This document shows positions 17,906-30,622 of a stretch of 49,213 nucleotides of DNA, piece after piece; the first letter of the stretch is position 1; every line of letters starts with the position of its first letter. The translations under genes were made by a program, and so were the position numbers. This stretch comes from Clostridiales bacterium (GTDB taxonomy: Bacteria; Bacillota; Dehalobacteriia; UBA4068). A model generated the notes under the pieces. The model worked only from the letters and a program-made list of their open reading frames with translations. It was not told where the DNA came from and made no database searches. The stretch spans positions 1 through 49,213 of the forward strand of contig WRHF01000001.1 of assembly GCA_009783415.1 (NCBI GenBank). The letters are read 5' to 3'.

Positions 17906-19108
17906 TTATCCAAGGTTGCCGGTGACGACGCCGGAGCCTACTGTCCTTCCGCCTTCGCGGATAGCGAAACGCAGGCCTTCTTCTATTGCTATGGGGGTGA
18001 TCAGTTCTATATCCATGGTGATGTGGTCCCCTGGCATCACCATTTCCACATTTGCCGGCAGATTGGCTACCCCGGTCACATCCGTGGTCCGGAAATAGAA
18101 TTGGGGCCTGTAGCCGTTAAAGAACGGGGTATGGCGGCCGCCTTCTTCCTTGGTCAAAACATAAACCTGACCGGAAAACTTGGTATAGGGATTGATACTG
18201 CCGGGCTTGGCCAATACCTGGCCCCGCTCCACCTCTTTGCGGTCGATACCCCGCAGCAGGCAGCCGATATTATCCCCGGCTTCCGCATAATCCATCAATT
18301 TGCGGAACATTTCCACCCCGGTAACTACGGTACCCTTGGGCTCATCGCGCAAACCGACTATATGCACCTGGTCACTGACCTTGACCTGGCCTCTTTCTAC
18401 CCGGCCTGTCACAACAGTGCCCCGGCCGGTGATGGTGAAGACATCCTCGATCGGCATCAGGAAGGGCTTGTCTTTATCCCGCTCGGGAGTGGGGATATAG
18501 CTGTCTACCGCATCCATTAATTGCCAAATAGAACCGCAACTGGGGCAGTCCCGCTCGCCGCAGCCGCATTCACCGGCTTTGAGGGCGGAACCGGCAATAA
18601 TCGGGATATCGTCCCCGGGGAATTCATAGGCGCTCAAGAGGTCGCGGATCTCCATTTCCACCAGCTCTATCAGCTCGGGATCGTCAACCAGATCTACTTT
18701 GTTCATATAAACGATGATATAGGGCACGCCCACCTGGCGGGCCAAAACGATATGCTCCCGGGTTTGGGGCATGGGGCCGTCGGCTGCACTGACCACCAGG
18801 ATAGCTCCGTCCATCTGGGCTGCGCCTGTGATCATGTTTTTGACATAGTCGGCGTGTCCGGGGCAGTCGACATGGGCATAGTGGCGGGCTTCGGTTTGAT
18901 ATTCCACGTGGGCGGTGTTGATGGTGATGCCCCTGGCTTTTTCTTCCGGCGCCGCGTCGATTTGCTCATAAGTGGTAACTACCGCGCCCCCTACTTTGGC
19001 AAGGCAGGTGGTGATTGCCGCGGTCAAGGTTGTTTTCCCGTGGTCAACGTGACCAATTGTCCCTACGTTAACATGCGGTTTTGTTCTTTCGAATTTTTGC
19101 TTGGCCAT
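17906..19108 (-). CDS. tuf: elongation factor Tu
   Basis: 400-aa ORF containing [29 protein letters not shown], with G1-G4 motifs. It carries a CGCG...CPSC insert in domain I. Confidence 0.98.
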   Translation of the reverse strand: MAKQKFERTKPHVNVGTIGHVDHGKTTLTAAITTCLAKVGGAVVTTYEQIDAAPEEKARGITINTAHVEYQTEARHYAHVDCPGHADYVKNMITGAAQMDGAILVVSAADGPMPQTREHIVLARQVGVPYIIVYMNKVDLVDDPELIELVEMEIRDLLSAYEFPGDDIPIIAGSALKAGECGCGERDCPSCGSIWQLMDAVDSYIPTPERDKDKPFLMPIEDVFTITGRGTVVTGRVERGQVKVSDQVHIVGLRDEPKGTVVTGVEMFRKLMDYAEAGDNIGCLLRGIDRKEVERGQVLAKPGSINPYTKFSGQVYVLTKEEGGRHTPFFNGYRPQFYFRTTDVTGVANLPANVEMVMPGDHITMDIELITPIAIEEGLRFAIREGGRTVGSGVVTGNLG

Positions 19109-19200
19109 TTAATTCTACCTCCGTTTTTGTAAAATTTACCTTCGTAGTTTTTAATTTATCTTTATCTATACAGGAAAATCCTGCTGTAACCGGGGTTTTT

Positions 19201-19357
19201 CAATTGACAATTGACAATGGACAATGGACAATTGTTGTTGTTTCGCTCTGCGAAACTTTTATTTAATAAAACCATCTTTTAGTTCAATAATCGGTTTTGC
19301 GAAGCAAAACCTTCCAAAAAATTGTCAATTGTCAATCGTCAATTGTCAATTGTCAAT
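19201..19357. repeat. heptamer-arm hairpin element, full copy
   Basis: 5' arm CAATTGA CAATTGA CAATGGA CAATGGA CAATTG at 19201-19234. Core hairpins GTTTCGC-tct-GCGAAAC at 19240-19256 and GGTTTTGC-gaa-GCAAAACC at 19293-19311. 3' arm ATTGTCA ATTGTCA ATCGTCA ATTGTCA ATTGTCA AT at 19321-19357 contains the fusA stop. Confidence 0.9.
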
Positions 19358-21428
19358 ACCCTCGGTGTCTTACGACAATACTCTCGGTTATATTCTTCGG
19401 TACCTCGAAGTAGTGGTCAAATTGCATGGTATACGTGCCGCGGCCTTGGGTTTTGGAGCGTAGGTCTGTGGCGTAGCCGAACATTTCGGATAGGGGTACA
19501 TAGCCCCGGATTATTTGCAGGCCGCCTTTTAGCTCTACGCCTTCCATCCTGCCCCGGCGGGAGTTGAGATCGCCTATGACATCACCCATATATTCTTCCG
19601 GTACAGAGATTTCGATTTTGAAGACAGGCTCTAAAATAACCGGCATGGCTTTGGCAGTCCCGTCTTTGAAGGCCAGGGACCCTGCGATTTTAAAGGCCAT
19701 TTCCGAAGAATCCACCTCATGGAAACTGCCGTCTACCAGAGTGGCTTTGATGTCCACCGCCGGATAGCCGGCTAAAATGCCGTTTTCCATAGCTTCTTTA
19801 ATACCTGCTTCTACCGGGGCAATAAATTCTTTGGGTATTACCCCGCCCACAATTTTGTTTTCAAAGACGAAACCGGCTCCCGGTTCCTGGGGTTCAAATT
19901 CTACTACGCAATGCCCGTACTGGCCGTGGCCGCCGGTTTGACGCACGTGTTTGCCTACGCCCTTGACGGAACTGCGAATGGTTTCTTTATAAGCCACTTG
20001 AGGCTTGCCCACATTGGCATCGACCCGAAACTCCCGGAGCAGGCGGTCAACAATAATCTCCAAATGCAGTTCGCCCATACCGGCAATCAGAGTCTGTCCG
20101 GTCTCGATATTGGAACGGATCCGGAAAGTAGGATCTTCTTCCGTCAATTTTTGCAAGGCAAGCGCCATTTTATCCTGGTCGGCAGTAGTTTTGGGCTCAA
20201 TGGAAACATCAATGACCGGATCGGGGAAATCCATGGATTCCAGTATCACCTGGGAGTTTTCCGCACAGAGCGTATCCCCGGTCGCGGTAAATTTAAGCCC
20301 TACCGCTGCCAATATATCACCGGCATAGGCATGCGGTATTTCCTCCCGGGAGTTGGCATGCATTTGCAAAAGGCGCCCGACCCGCTCTTTTTTGCCTTTA
20401 GTACTATTATAGACATAAGAACCGTTATTTAAGACCCCGGAATAAACTCTGAAAAATGTCAGCTTCCCCACATAAGGGTCAGTGATAATCTTAAAAGCCA
20501 GGGCCGCAAAAGGCTCGTCGTCGGTAGAATGGCGGACAATGCTCTCGCCGTTAGCATCCGTTCCCTGGATATCGGCAACATCGGTAGGGGCGGGCAGAAA
20601 ATAAACAACGGCATCCAGCAGCTGCTGCACCCCTTTATTTTTAAATGAGGAGCCGCATAGCACCGGGGTAACGGCTACTGCCAAAGTAGCCCGGCGCAAG
20701 CCCCTGATGATTTCTTCTTCAGTAAGCTCTTCCCCCTCCAGATATTTGAGGGTCAGTTCTTCATCGTATTCGGCCGCCGCTTCAATCATTTTATCCCGGT
20801 ATTCCTGAGCCAGCTCCCGTAAATCTTCGGGGATCTCCTGAATTTCGATCTCCCGGCCTTCTTTATCGGTATAGATATTGGCTTCCATTTTGATCAAGTC
20901 TACCAGGCCAAGAAAGTTCTCCTCGCCCCCGATAGGGATTTGCAGGGCCACGGGATTGGCCGATAAGCGCTGACGGATCATTTCTATAGCCCGGAAAAAG
21001 TCGGCGCCGACCCGGTCCATCTTATTGATATAAGCAATACGGGGTACGCCATAGTGGTCTGCCTGACGCCAAACCGTTTCCGATTGCGGTTCCACACAAC
21101 CCACCGAGCAGAACACGGCCACGGCCCCATCCAACACCCGCAAGGAGCGTTCCACCTCTACAGTAAAGTCAACGTGCCCGGGTGTATCTATAATATTGAT
21201 CCTATGATCCTGCCAAAAACAAGTAGTAGCGGCGGAAGTGATAGTGATCCCCCGCTCTTGTTCTTGCACCATATAATCCATAGTAGCAGCGCCGTCATGC
21301 ACCTCACCGGTACGGTGGACCTTGCCGGTATAAAACAAGATCCGCTCGGTGGTAGTGGTTTTACCGGCGTCGATATGGGCCATGATGCCAATATTTCGAG
21401 TTTTTTGCAAAGAAAATTCCCTAGACAT
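19353..21428 (-). CDS. fusA: elongation factor G
   Basis: ATG 21428 inside ORF 19353-21560 gives [28 protein letters not shown]. The upstream 44 codons are read-through of a repeat. Confidence 0.97.
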   Translation of the reverse strand: MSREFSLQKTRNIGIMAHIDAGKTTTTERILFYTGKVHRTGEVHDGAATMDYMVQEQERGITITSAATTCFWQDHRINIIDTPGHVDFTVEVERSLRVLDGAVAVFCSVGCVEPQSETVWRQADHYGVPRIAYINKMDRVGADFFRAIEMIRQRLSANPVALQIPIGGEENFLGLVDLIKMEANIYTDKEGREIEIQEIPEDLRELAQEYRDKMIEAAAEYDEELTLKYLEGEELTEEEIIRGLRRATLAVAVTPVLCGSSFKNKGVQQLLDAVVYFLPAPTDVADIQGTDANGESIVRHSTDDEPFAALAFKIITDPYVGKLTFFRVYSGVLNNGSYVYNSTKGKKERVGRLLQMHANSREEIPHAYAGDILAAVGLKFTATGDTLCAENSQVILESMDFPDPVIDVSIEPKTTADQDKMALALQKLTEEDPTFRIRSNIETGQTLIAGMGELHLEIIVDRLLREFRVDANVGKPQVAYKETIRSSVKGVGKHVRQTGGHGQYGHCVVEFEPQEPGAGFVFENKIVGGVIPKEFIAPVEAGIKEAMENGILAGYPAVDIKATLVDGSFHEVDSSEMAFKIAGSLAFKDGTAKAMPVILEPVFKIEISVPEEYMGDVIGDLNSRRGRMEGVELKGGLQIIRGYVPLSEMFGYATDLRSKTQGRGTYTMQFDHYFEVPKNITESIVVRHRGY

Positions 21429-21443
21429 GACGTCTCCTTCGTC

Positions 21444-21578
21444 GAGTTTTGAGTTTTGAGTGTTGAATTTTGAGTTTATTGAAGTTTCGTTATGCGAAAC
21501 CCTTTTTATTGAATGATAGTTTTTGCGCAGCAAAAACCTCCGGCACTCAACATTCAACACTCAAAACTCCGCACTCGC
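21444..21578. repeat. heptamer-arm hairpin element, full copy
   Basis: 5' arm GAGTTTT GAGTTTT GAGTGTT GAATTTT GAGTTTA at 21444-21478. Core hairpins GTTTCG-ttatg-CGAAAC at 21485-21501 and GTTTTTGC-gca-GCAAAAAC at 21519-21537. 3' arm CACTCAA CATTCAA CACTCAA AACTCCG CACTCGC at 21544-21578. Confidence 0.9.
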
Positions 21579-21579
21579 A

Positions 21580-22050
21580 TTACCAGCGGTAATGCGCAAA
21601 CGCCCGGTTTGCCTCGGCCATTTTATGGGTGTCTTCCCGTTTTTTGACAGAGGCGCCGGTGTTGTTGGCGGCATCCATCAGTTCTCCGGCCAGTTTTTCT
21701 TCCATGCTTTTGCCGGAACGTTTGCGGGCAAAAAGTACCAGCCAGCGGATACCCAAAGCCTGACGGCGGTCAGCCCGTACTTCTATCGGTACCTGATAGT
21801 TGGCGCCCCCTACCCGGCGGGCTTTTACTTCCAGCACAGGCATCACATTTTTCATTGCCAGGTTAAAGACTTCCATAGGTTCCTGACCGGTTTTGCTTTT
21901 GATGATATCAAAAGCCCCGTAAACTATTGATTCGGCGATCCCCTTTTTCCCGTCCAGCATGATCTGGTTGATAAATTTGGTTAAAACCTTGCTGTGATGG
22001 ACAGGATCCGGCAAGATCACCAGTTTAGATACATTGCCACGCCTTGGCAT
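21580..22050 (-). CDS. rpsG: 30S ribosomal protein S7
   Basis: ATG 22050 inside ORF 21580-22152 gives [22 protein letters not shown], 156 aa. Confidence 0.96.
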   Translation of the reverse strand: MPRRGNVSKLVILPDPVHHSKVLTKFINQIMLDGKKGIAESIVYGAFDIIKSKTGQEPMEVFNLAMKNVMPVLEVKARRVGGANYQVPIEVRADRRQALGIRWLVLFARKRSGKSMEEKLAGELMDAANNTGASVKKREDTHKMAEANRAFAHYRW

Positions 22051-22082
22051 TACTTTCACCCCTTTGCCGCACCTTCGATGCG

Positions 22083-22207
22083 GAATTTTAAATTTTGAGT
22101 TTTGAGTTTTGAATTGCTGAAAAATGCTCCGCATTTTATTTAATATAATCAAGAAAAATCATTAATTTTTTTCAATCATTCAGAACTCAAAATTCAAAAC
22201 TTAGAAC
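22083..22207. repeat. heptamer-arm hairpin element, full copy
   Basis: 5' arm GAATTTT AAATTTT GAGTTTT GAGTTTT GAATTG at 22083-22116. Core hairpin AAAATGC-tcc-GCATTTT at 22121-22137, followed by an AT-rich tail. 3' arm TCAGAAC TCAAAAT TCAAAAC TTAGAAC at 22180-22207. Confidence 0.85.
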
Positions 22208-22223
22208 TATAGCAGCTTTGCTG

Positions 22224-22610
22224 CTATTTCTTCGCTTTTGTCTTCGGTCTTTTGGCGCCGTATTTGCTGCGGGCTTGGCCGCGGCCTGAGACTCCGGCGG
22301 TATCTAAGGCACCCCGGATGATATGATAACGCACCCCCGGCAGATCTTTTACCCGGCCGCCCCGTACCAGGGTTACCGAGTGTTCCTGCAAGTTATGACC
22401 GACACCGGGAATATAGGATGTAACCTCGACCCCGTGTGAAAGCCTGACCCTGGCCACTTTACGCAAAGCGGAATTGGGCTTTTTGGGGGTGGTGGTATAA
22501 ACCCTGGTGCAAACGCCCCGCTTTTGGGGACATTCCTTTAAAGCGGGCGCGGTAGATTTTTTTATACTCACTTCCCTTTGTTTCCTTACCAATTGATTAA
22601 TCGTCGGCAA
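22224..22610 (-). CDS. rpsL: 30S ribosomal protein S12
   Basis: 128-aa ORF with TTG start; contains [13 protein letters not shown]...[10 protein letters not shown]. Confidence 0.97.
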   Translation of the reverse strand: MPTINQLVRKQREVSIKKSTAPALKECPQKRGVCTRVYTTTPKKPNSALRKVARVRLSHGVEVTSYIPGVGHNLQEHSVTLVRGGRVKDLPGVRYHIIRGALDTAGVSGRGQARSKYGAKRPKTKAKK

Positions 22611-22636
22611 AACATTTACCCCCCCTCTGTAAAGAC

Positions 22637-22766
22637 ATTGAATAGTGAATAATGAATATTGAATAGTTGTTGAAAAAACGCTTTGCGTTTTCTTTTATTT
22701 TATTAAAAGATTTTGTTGGTAGTGAGGTTGTGGTTTAGTTATGAATTCATAATTCTTCATTCGATT
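22637..22766. repeat. heptamer-arm hairpin element, 3' arm degenerate
   Basis: 5' arm TTGAATA GTGAATA ATGAATA TTGAATA at 22638-22665. Core hairpin AAAACGC-ttt-GCGTTTT at 22675-22691, then CTTTTATTTTATTAAAAG. Decayed 3' arm ATTCATAATTCTTCATTCGATT at about 22744-22766. Confidence 0.75.
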
Positions 22767-22771
22767 ACGAA

Positions 22772-23026
22772 TTACGCATTATGAACTAATAGTGCGGCGG
22801 CGGCGGCTTTTACTGTTATTTCGCAGGCTTTGCCTAGCTCATCCATGGTTTCTACCTCTATAATGGGAACCTGGTTTTGCTGGCAGGCTTCGATTAAGGG
22901 TAAGGTAACCCTTTTTTCTGCGTTTTTGGCTATAAAAACTTTATCGGCTACACCATTTTCTACTGCCTTTAAAGTTTCTTTGCTGCCCACTGCTTTTTTG
23001 CCCTGGGGCATGATTTGTTCGCTCAT
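22772..23026 (-). CDS. ybxF: ribosomal protein L7Ae-family (YbxF-like) K-turn binding protein
   Basis: 84-aa ORF between rpoC and rpsL, the conserved Firmicute position; L7Ae-like GSKETLKAVENG... Confidence 0.85.
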   Translation of the reverse strand: MSEQIMPQGKKAVGSKETLKAVENGVADKVFIAKNAEKRVTLPLIEACQQNQVPIIEVETMDELGKACEITVKAAAAALLVHNA

Positions 23027-23099
23027 CGCAGGTCAAACCTCCTTAAACGGCGCACGTTAAATATTCTAACACTAATTCCCTGGGTTGTCAAGTAAAAAA

Positions 23100-26000
23100 T
23101 TAAGAAACATCAGGAATTCTGTCCGCTACCTCTTCAACTAATTGATCCAGGGCATCTATTTCTGCCAGATCCCGGCTTTTGGCTGCTTCCAGTTGTTCCT
23201 TCTCCTGGGCGTCATAAACCAGGATATTGCGGTAGCGGGCGAAGCCGGTGCCTGCCGGGATCAGTTTGCCTATTATTACATTTTCTTTCAGACCCAACAG
23301 AGGATCTACCTTGCCCTTGATGGCTGCATCGGTCAGTACCCTGGTGGTTTCCTGGAAAGAAGCGGCCGAGAGGAAGGAATCTGTGGCCAGGGAGGCTTTG
23401 GTGATCCCTAAAAGCATGGGATTGGCATCCGCCTGTTCGCCGCCGTCCAAATCTATTCTTTCGTTGACACTTGTAAAATCAAAAGCATCCATCACGGCGC
23501 CGGGCAGCAAATTGGTATCGCCTACTCCTTCTACTTTTACCTTTTTCATCATCTGCCGGACCATGATTTCGATATGCTTATCATTGATATCCACCCCTTG
23601 GAGGCGATAGACCCGCTGCACTTCCCTCAGCAGGTACATTTGCACCCCGCGCACGCCTTTCACAGCCAGCAGATCGTGGGGGTTGATCGAGCCTTCGGTC
23701 AGTTCGTCCCCGGCCTCGATCATTTCTCCGTCCTGTACCTTCATGGTGGAACCATAGGCAATATGATATTCGGCCAGTACCTGCCCGGTCTGATCGCCTA
23801 CGCCCAGGATCTGGACATTGCGGCGGCCCTGGTCATCACCGATGCTGACAATTCCGTCATATTCGGCTATGACACCCTGGCCTTTGGGTTTACGGGCCTC
23901 AAACAGCTCCTCTACCCGGGGTAAACCTTGGGTAATATCATCACCGGCCACCCCCCCGGTATGGAAGGTACGCATGGTCAGCTGGGTGCCCGGCTCGCCG
24001 ATAGACTGGGCGGCTATGGTGCCCACCGCTTCCCCGATATCCACGATATCCCCGGTGGCCAGGTTGCGGCCATAGCAGGTGCGGCAAACCCCATAGCGGG
24101 TACGGCAGGTTAGGACGGAGCGGATATTGACCCTGCGTTCGGCTTCCGGTAACATAAACAGATACTTTTCGATCTGGACCGCCAGATCCGAATCAATAAA
24201 AATGCCTTGGGCAAAAATTATTTCCCCGGTTTCTTTATCAACTATATTTTGGTTCAAAAAACGCCCGTCTATACGCTCGATCAGAGTTTCGATATCCCGG
24301 ATACCTTCCACCCAGATGCCCTGGCTGTCACCGCAATCATCCTCCCGGACAATTACTTCCTGGGCCACATCGACCAGGCGGCGGGTCAAATAGCCGGAGT
24401 CGGCAGTACGCAGGGCGGTATCGGCCAATCCTTTGCGGGCGCCGTGAGTCGAGATAAAAAATTCCAAAACTGTCAAGCCTTCCCGGAAATTGGCTTTGAT
24501 GGGCAAGTCGATGATCCGGCCGGAGGGGTCGGCCATCAGGCCGCGAGCCCCTGCCAGCTGGCGGATCTGCTGTACATTTCCCCTGGCCCCGGAATTGGCC
24601 ATCATAAAAATGGGATTAAATTTATCCAGATTATTCATTAACTCCTTGGTCACATCGTCGGTAGCCTGATTCCAGACATCGATGGTAGCCTGATAACGGT
24701 CATCCTCGCTGATAAGGCCCATCCGGAAATCATCCTCCACCCGGAGTATTTCCTCTTCGGCATCGGCCATGATCTGTTTTTTGGCCTCGGGAACTTTGAT
24801 ATCCTCTATGCCAATGGTGATCCCGGCCTGGGTGGAATATTTAAAGCCCAATGCTTTGACCCCATCCAGCAAGCCGGCGGTTCCGCTTTGGCCTAAACGG
24901 CGATAACAGCGGTCCACAATGGACCCCAGCACTTTTTTATCCACTTCGCTGTTAAAAAATCCCATTTCCTGACTCATAGGGATTTCATAATTAAATATCA
25001 AGCGGCCAACACTGGTTTCCAGGCGTTTATAGCGGCCATCCGGGTGCTGTTCAAAAGAGACTTCCTGATTTTTGTTGATCCAGATTTTATCCCATTCGGG
25101 AGGTTTTGGTATCCAAATTTTAGCATGAAGGCTGACAGCCCCCTCCAAATAGGCGCTGTATGCTTCGTTATAACCATAAAAAACTTTGCCTTCGCCCACC
25201 TCTCCATCCCGGATCTGGGTCAAATAATAGGTACCCAAGACCATATCCTGGGTAGGGGTAGCCACGGGCCGCCCGTCTTTGGGGTTTAAGATATTATTGG
25301 GGGAAAGCATTAAAATCCGGGCTTCGGCTTGGGCTTCAGCAGAAAGAGGTACATGAACTGCCATTTGGTCGCCATCGAAGTCGGCATTATAAGCCGTACA
25401 TACCAGGGGATGGATCTGCAGCGCCCTTCCTTCTACCAAAACCGGCTCAAAGGCTTGAATACCCAGGCGGTGCAAGGTGGGAGCCCGGTTTAGGAGTACC
25501 GGATGTTCCCGGATAACTTCCTCCAGGACATCCCAAACCTCGGAGCGTACCCGCTCTACCATCCGCTTGGCATTTTTGATATTATGGGCATAACCGTCCT
25601 GAACCAGGCGCTTCATCACAAAGGGCTTGAAAAGCTCCAAGGCCATTTCCTTGGGCAAGCCGCATTGATGGAATTGCAGCTCCGGCCCGACCACGATCAC
25701 CGAACGGCCGGAATAATCCACCCGTTTGCCCAGCAGGTTCTGACGAAAGCGGCCCTGTTTCCCTTTCAGCATATCGGAAAGAGATTTTAAGGGGCGGTTA
25801 CCGGGGCCCGTCACCGGGCGGCCGCGCCGGCCATTATCAATCAAGGCATCCACTGCCTCCTGGAGCATCCGTTTTTCATTGCGGACAATAATATCCGGGG
25901 CGCCCAGATCCATCAGGCGCTTCAATCTGTTATTGCGATTGATCACCCGGCGGTAAAGATCATTTAAATCGGAAGTGGCAAAGCGGCCGCCGTCCAGCTG

Positions 26001-26726
26001 CACCATTGGCCGCAGTTCCGGGGGGATCACCGGCACCGCATCCAAAATCATCCATTCCGGCCTGTTACCGGAGGCCAAAAAGGCTTCCACTACCTCCAGA
26101 CGGCGCACCGCCCGGATTTTGCGCTGACCGCTGGCATCTTTGGCTTCACCGCGCAATTCTTCGGCCAGTGTTTCCATATCTATTTCTTCCAGCATGATAC
26201 GGACAGCTTCCGCCCCCATGCCGGCAGTAAAAGCTTCGCCGTGCTTCTCCCGGGCCTCCCGGTATTCCGCCTCGCTGAGCAACTGATGGGAGGCCAAATC
26301 GGTATTGCCGGGATCCAACACTATATAGGAAACAAAATAAAGAACTTTTTCCAAATTACGGGGAGAAACATCCAAGAGCAGGCCCATGCGGCTGGGTATG
26401 CCTTTGAAATACCAAATATGAGAAACGGGGCTGGCCAGATTGATATGGCCCAGCCGCTCCCGGCGCACCTTGGCCCGGGTCACTTCTACCCCGCAGCGGT
26501 CACAAACCACACCTTTATAACGGATCCGTTTATATTTGCCGCAATGGCATTCCCAATCCCGGGTGGGACCAAAAATACGCTCACAAAAGAGCCCGTCCCG
26601 TTCCGGCTTCAAAGTACGATAATTGATGGTTTCCGGTTTTTTTACCTCTCCATAAGACCAACCCTCGATCTGCTCCGGAGAAGCCAAGGCAATTTTCATC
26701 TGGTCAAAATTGCTAACATCCAGCAA
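23100..26726 (-). CDS. rpoC: DNA-directed RNA polymerase subunit beta'
   Basis: ORF 23100-26753. TTG 26726 is preferred (AAAGGAAGTG 6 nt upstream), giving [20 protein letters not shown]. It has the NADFDGD active site. Confidence 0.97.
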   Translation of the reverse strand: MLDVSNFDQMKIALASPEQIEGWSYGEVKKPETINYRTLKPERDGLFCERIFGPTRDWECHCGKYKRIRYKGVVCDRCGVEVTRAKVRRERLGHINLASPVSHIWYFKGIPSRMGLLLDVSPRNLEKVLYFVSYIVLDPGNTDLASHQLLSEAEYREAREKHGEAFTAGMGAEAVRIMLEEIDMETLAEELRGEAKDASGQRKIRAVRRLEVVEAFLASGNRPEWMILDAVPVIPPELRPMVQLDGGRFATSDLNDLYRRVINRNNRLKRLMDLGAPDIIVRNEKRMLQEAVDALIDNGRRGRPVTGPGNRPLKSLSDMLKGKQGRFRQNLLGKRVDYSGRSVIVVGPELQFHQCGLPKEMALELFKPFVMKRLVQDGYAHNIKNAKRMVERVRSEVWDVLEEVIREHPVLLNRAPTLHRLGIQAFEPVLVEGRALQIHPLVCTAYNADFDGDQMAVHVPLSAEAQAEARILMLSPNNILNPKDGRPVATPTQDMVLGTYYLTQIRDGEVGEGKVFYGYNEAYSAYLEGAVSLHAKIWIPKPPEWDKIWINKNQEVSFEQHPDGRYKRLETSVGRLIFNYEIPMSQEMGFFNSEVDKKVLGSIVDRCYRRLGQSGTAGLLDGVKALGFKYSTQAGITIGIEDIKVPEAKKQIMADAEEEILRVEDDFRMGLISEDDRYQATIDVWNQATDDVTKELMNNLDKFNPIFMMANSGARGNVQQIRQLAGARGLMADPSGRIIDLPIKANFREGLTVLEFFISTHGARKGLADTALRTADSGYLTRRLVDVAQEVIVREDDCGDSQGIWVEGIRDIETLIERIDGRFLNQNIVDKETGEIIFAQGIFIDSDLAVQIEKYLFMLPEAERRVNIRSVLTCRTRYGVCRTCYGRNLATGDIVDIGEAVGTIAAQSIGEPGTQLTMRTFHTGGVAGDDITQGLPRVEELFEARKPKGQGVIAEYDGIVSIGDDQGRRNVQILGVGDQTGQVLAEYHIAYGSTMKVQDGEMIEAGDELTEGSINPHDLLAVKGVRGVQMYLLREVQRVYRLQGVDINDKHIEIMVRQMMKKVKVEGVGDTNLLPGAVMDAFDFTSVNERIDLDGGEQADANPMLLGITKASLATDSFLSAASFQETTRVLTDAAIKGKVDPLLGLKENVIIGKLIPAGTGFARYRNILVYDAQEKEQLEAAKSRDLAEIDALDQLVEEVADRIPDVS

Positions 26727-26742
26727 ATATAGCACTTCCTTT

Positions 26743-29700
26743 CTAGTCGTCAAGAAGTTCTTCGTCCAGTAAGTCGTCTTCGAGAATGCTGGGGAAGGAG
26801 ATCGGAGGTTCCAGGGGTTCTATATCCGGGACATCTTCAATATCCAAATCCAGCTGATCCAACTCATCCAGAGCATTAAAGGGAGCTAATCCCGCAGCAG
26901 GCGCCTCATCAATGGGGAATTCTATCATCAAATCATCCTCGTATTGATTAGGAGGTAATGAAGTTTGTTCTCCTTGATCGGTTTCCATCAATCCTATATC
27001 ATAGGCAATATCTTTTGCGGAATCGGACAAATCCTCTTCATCCTCTTTGATCTCCACTACCCGGTTATCCGAGGAAAGTATCTTTACATCCATGCAGAGG
27101 CTTTGCAGCTCTTTGATCAGAACCTTGAAGGATTCCGGTACCCCCGGTTCCGGTACATTATCACCTTTGACGATCGCTTCATAGGTTTTGACCCGGCCCA
27201 CAATGTCATCGGATTTTACCGTCAGGATCTCCTGCAAAGTATAGGCTGCTCCATAGGCTTCCAAAGCCCAAACTTCCATTTCCCCGAAACGCTGCCCGCC
27301 GAACTGGGCCTTGCCGCCCAAAGGCTGCTGAGTCACCAGGGAATAGGGGCCGGTGGAACGGGCATGGATTTTGTCATCCACCAGGTGAGCCAGCTTCAGC
27401 ATATAAAGATAGCCCACGGTGACCCGGTTATCGAAGGGAATACCGCTCCTCCCGTCATAGAGTATGGTTTTGCCGTCCGGCTCCACCCCTGCTTCCAGGA
27501 GAATACCGGCAATATCCTCTTCGTTGGCTCCGTCAAAAACCGGGGTGGCAATATGAATGCCCAGCTTATTTGCAGCCAATCCCAAGTGGCATTCCAGGAC
27601 CTGACCGATATTCATCCGGGAAGGCACCCCCAAAGGATTCAAAACGATTTCCACCGGGGTACCGTCAGGCAAAAAGGGCATATCAGCCTCCGGAAGGATC
27701 CGGGAAACAACCCCTTTATTGCCGTGCCGGCCGGCCATTTTATCGCCAACCGAGATTTTTCGCTTTTGAGCTACATAGATACGGACCAGCTTGTTGACGC
27801 CGGGGGAGAGCTCGTCGCCGTTTTCCCGGCTGAAAATCTTCACATCCACCACTTTGCCGCTTTCCCCGTGAGGGATCCGCAAAGAAGTATCTCTCACTTC
27901 CCGGGCTTTTTCTCCGAAGATGGCCCGCAGCAAACGTTCCTCCGCGGTCAGCTCGGTTTCCCCTTTGGGAGTCACTTTGCCCACCAGAATATCTCCCGGC
28001 CGCACTTCGGCGCCGATCCGGATAATCCCCTCGGCAGTGAGGTCCTTCAGTACATCTTCGCCCACATTGGGAATATCGCAAGTGATTTCTTCCGGGCCTA
28101 ATTTGGTATCCCTGGCATCGCATTCGTATTCCTCTATATGAATAGAGGTAAAATAATCATCCTTTACCAGTTTTTCGGAAAGGAGAATAGCATCTTCATA
28201 ATTATAGCCTTCCCAGGTCATAAATGCCACTAAAACATTGCGGCCCAAGGAGAGCTCACCCAGATCCGTAGAGGGCCCGTCGGCAATGGGATCACCCTGA
28301 GCTACCCGCTGGCCTTTGTGAATAATGGGTTTTTGGTTGATGCAGGTGCCCTGATTGGAACGCTGGAATTTCTGCAAAAGATGCTTTTCCTTTTTGCCGT
28401 CGTCACCGCGGATGATAATTTCCTCCGCTGTGACCCTTTCCACCGTACCATCCTGCTCGGCGATTTCTCCCACCCGGGAATCCAAGGCTTCTTTAAATTC
28501 CATGCCCGTACCCACCAAGGGGGCTTCCGTACAAAGCAGAGGTACCGCCTGACGCTGCATGTTGGCCCCCATCAGGGCCCGGTTGGCATCATCATGCTCC
28601 AAAAAGGGAATAAGGGCGGTGGCTACAGAAATCAGCTGTTTGGGGGTAACATCCATATATTCCACGGAAGAGACATGGGCCACCGCAATGTCCCTGCCGT
28701 CACGCACATTCAAGCGCTCATTGACAAAAAAGTTATTCTCATCCAAGGGCTCGTTAGCCTGGGCTATCACATATTTATCTTCTTCATCGGCAGAAAGATA
28801 ATCAATCTGATCCAATACCTGGTTATTAACCACCCGGCGGTAAGGAGTTTCGATGAAGCCGAATTCATTGATCCTGGCGTAGGTGGAAAGGGCGCCGATC
28901 AAACCGATATTGGGACCTTCCGGAGTTTCGATAGGGCACATCCGGCCATAGTGGCTGTAGTGAACATCCCGCACCTCGAAACCGGCCCGCTCCCGGGAGA
29001 GGCCGCCGGGGCCCAAGGCGGAGAGCCGCCTTTTATGGGTCAATTCCGCCAAGGGATTGGTTTGATCCATAAATTGGGAAAGCTGGCTGGAACCAAAAAA
29101 TTCCTTGATCGCCGCCGCCACCGGCCGGATATTTACCAGCACTTGGGGCGTGACAGCTTCCACATCCTGAATGGTCATACGCTCGCGCACCACCCGTTCC
29201 ATCCGGGTAAGACCGATCCGGAATTGATTTTGCAGCAGCTCACCGACGCAGCGCAGGCGGCGGTTGCCCAAATGGTCGATATCATCAATGGGATGCTGGC
29301 CATCCATTACCTCTAAAAAGTAGCGGACAGCATGAATAATATCCGGCTTGGTAAGATAACGGATATAGGAATTATAAGCCGGGGGATTATCGGTATCCAG
29401 ATAAGCCTGAGCCTCGTCGTTCCAAACCTGACCCTCGCTGTTTTGCTGCTTTAAAATGTTGTGCTGCAGCTTTTTATTGATTTTATAACGTCCCACATTA
29501 CCCAAATCATAGCGTTTGGGATCGAAAAAGAAACCGTGCAGCAAATTGCGGGCTGAATCCACCGTGGGGGGCTCGCCGGGCCGCAGGCGTTTATAGATTT
29601 CGATCAGGCCTTCTTCCACACTCTTGGTAGCATCTTTTTCCAGGGTGGATTTGATAGCCGGATGCTCATCAAAGAGCGCTAAAATCTCCTCATCGCTGCC

Positions 29701-30300
29701 ATAGCCCAAGGCCCTGATCAGCACCGTAGCGGGAATTTTGCGCATTCTATCCACCCGGGTATAAACATTACCCAGGGCATCGGTTTCCAATTCCAGCCAG
29801 GCGCCCCGGTTGGGGATAATGGTGGAACTATAGACTCTTTCGCCATTGGTATCAAAGCCGGAATGATAATAGACCCCGGGTGAGCGCACCAATTGGCTGA
29901 CAATGACCCGTTTGGCGCCGTTGATGATAAAGGTGCCCTTGAGAGTCATCAGGGGGAAATCCCCCATAAAAACTTCCTGCTCCTTGATATCCCCGGTTTC
30001 CTTATTAATAAGGCGTACCTTGACCCTGAGAGGGGCGGCAAAGGTAGCGTCCCTTTCCCGGCATTCTTCTTCGGGATATTTGGGTTTGCCCAAATAATAA
30101 TCGCCGAATTCCAGGATAAGATTGCCGGTAAAATCTTGGATGGGGGAGATATCCTGAAAAATTTCTTTGAGACCTTCCTGCATAAACCAATCATAAGATT
30201 TTTTTTGTACTTCAATCAGGTTTGGCATTTGTAAAACTTCTGCAATCCTGGCATAACTGCGTCTTTGCCTTTTCTCCATCAACTGAGAGGAATACTTCAT
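26743..30300 (-). CDS. rpoB: DNA-directed RNA polymerase subunit beta
   Basis: ORF 26743-30312. ATG 30300 is preferred (GGTGAGGTG upstream), giving [32 protein letters not shown]. It has an acidic C-terminal tail. Confidence 0.97.
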   Translation of the reverse strand: MKYSSQLMEKRQRRSYARIAEVLQMPNLIEVQKKSYDWFMQEGLKEIFQDISPIQDFTGNLILEFGDYYLGKPKYPEEECRERDATFAAPLRVKVRLINKETGDIKEQEVFMGDFPLMTLKGTFIINGAKRVIVSQLVRSPGVYYHSGFDTNGERVYSSTIIPNRGAWLELETDALGNVYTRVDRMRKIPATVLIRALGYGSDEEILALFDEHPAIKSTLEKDATKSVEEGLIEIYKRLRPGEPPTVDSARNLLHGFFFDPKRYDLGNVGRYKINKKLQHNILKQQNSEGQVWNDEAQAYLDTDNPPAYNSYIRYLTKPDIIHAVRYFLEVMDGQHPIDDIDHLGNRRLRCVGELLQNQFRIGLTRMERVVRERMTIQDVEAVTPQVLVNIRPVAAAIKEFFGSSQLSQFMDQTNPLAELTHKRRLSALGPGGLSRERAGFEVRDVHYSHYGRMCPIETPEGPNIGLIGALSTYARINEFGFIETPYRRVVNNQVLDQIDYLSADEEDKYVIAQANEPLDENNFFVNERLNVRDGRDIAVAHVSSVEYMDVTPKQLISVATALIPFLEHDDANRALMGANMQRQAVPLLCTEAPLVGTGMEFKEALDSRVGEIAEQDGTVERVTAEEIIIRGDDGKKEKHLLQKFQRSNQGTCINQKPIIHKGQRVAQGDPIADGPSTDLGELSLGRNVLVAFMTWEGYNYEDAILLSEKLVKDDYFTSIHIEEYECDARDTKLGPEEITCDIPNVGEDVLKDLTAEGIIRIGAEVRPGDILVGKVTPKGETELTAEERLLRAIFGEKAREVRDTSLRIPHGESGKVVDVKIFSRENGDELSPGVNKLVRIYVAQKRKISVGDKMAGRHGNKGVVSRILPEADMPFLPDGTPVEIVLNPLGVPSRMNIGQVLECHLGLAANKLGIHIATPVFDGANEEDIAGILLEAGVEPDGKTILYDGRSGIPFDNRVTVGYLYMLKLAHLVDDKIHARSTGPYSLVTQQPLGGKAQFGGQRFGEMEVWALEAYGAAYTLQEILTVKSDDIVGRVKTYEAIVKGDNVPEPGVPESFKVLIKELQSLCMDVKILSSDNRVVEIKEDEEDLSDSAKDIAYDIGLMETDQGEQTSLPPNQYEDDLMIEFPIDEAPAAGLAPFNALDELDQLDLDIEDVPDIEPLEPPISFPSILEDDLLDEELLDD

Positions 30301-30323
30301 TAAACACCTCACCTTTCGGTTAA

Positions 30324-30372
30324 TTAGAAGTTAGAAGTTAGAAGTTAGAAGTTAGAAAATAGAAAATAGAAT
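30324..30372. repeat. heptamer-arm element, arm in rpoB leader; candidate left arm of a cassette-bracketing pair
   Basis: (TTAGAAG)x4 TTAGAAA ATAGAAA ATAGAAT. The best complementary partner in the window is 32171-32205 (27/35 by hand alignment). Confidence 0.8.
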
Positions 30373-30492
30373 CAATAGAGTAATAACTGCAGTTCAAAGC
30401 TTTAATTGTCGGAAAAACTAAGAATAAATTATGGCAAAAGAGGTTGGACAAAGCTAAAATGGCATAGGCATCCATAATAACGTCATTTTTTA

Positions 30493-30521
30493 ATCTTAAC
30501 ACAAATTGACGGCTAAGTCAA
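30493..30521 (-). promoter_or_regulatory. candidate rpoB promoter (proximal)
   Basis: TTGACT (30521-30516), 17 nt, TAAGAT (30498-30493). Confidence 0.4.
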
Positions 30522-30564
30522 GGGTATATTTTGCTGTTTATCTACTTTTTTACAAAAAAAAAGT

Positions 30565-30593
30565 AAAATAGTAGGCGCAAAAAAGCGTGTCAA
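30565..30593 (-). promoter_or_regulatory. candidate rpoB promoter (distal)
   Basis: TTGACA (30593-30588), 17 nt, TATTTT (30570-30565). The -35 lies in the 3' arm of the oadB terminator. Confidence 0.4.
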
Positions 30594-30622
30594 GAAAAAC
30601 TGACAAAATTTTCTTGATACGC
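30579..30622 (-). terminator. intrinsic terminator after oadB
   Basis: Minus strand: GCGTATCAAGAAAA-10 nt loop-TTTTCTTGACACGC (14 bp, 1 mismatch) followed by TTTTTTG. Confidence 0.6.

Noticed and set aside
19140-19200. A possible tuf-specific promoter (TTACAG ... TATAGA/GATAAA) and a CAGGA-aaa-TCCTG hairpin upstream of tuf.
   Set aside because: The spacing and hexamers are poor for every register I tried. I cannot support it from sequence alone.
26743-27060. The roughly 100-aa acidic C-terminal tail of RpoB.
   Set aside because: Acidic C-terminal extensions of variable length are common in Firmicute RpoB. There is nothing intein- or insertion-like here.
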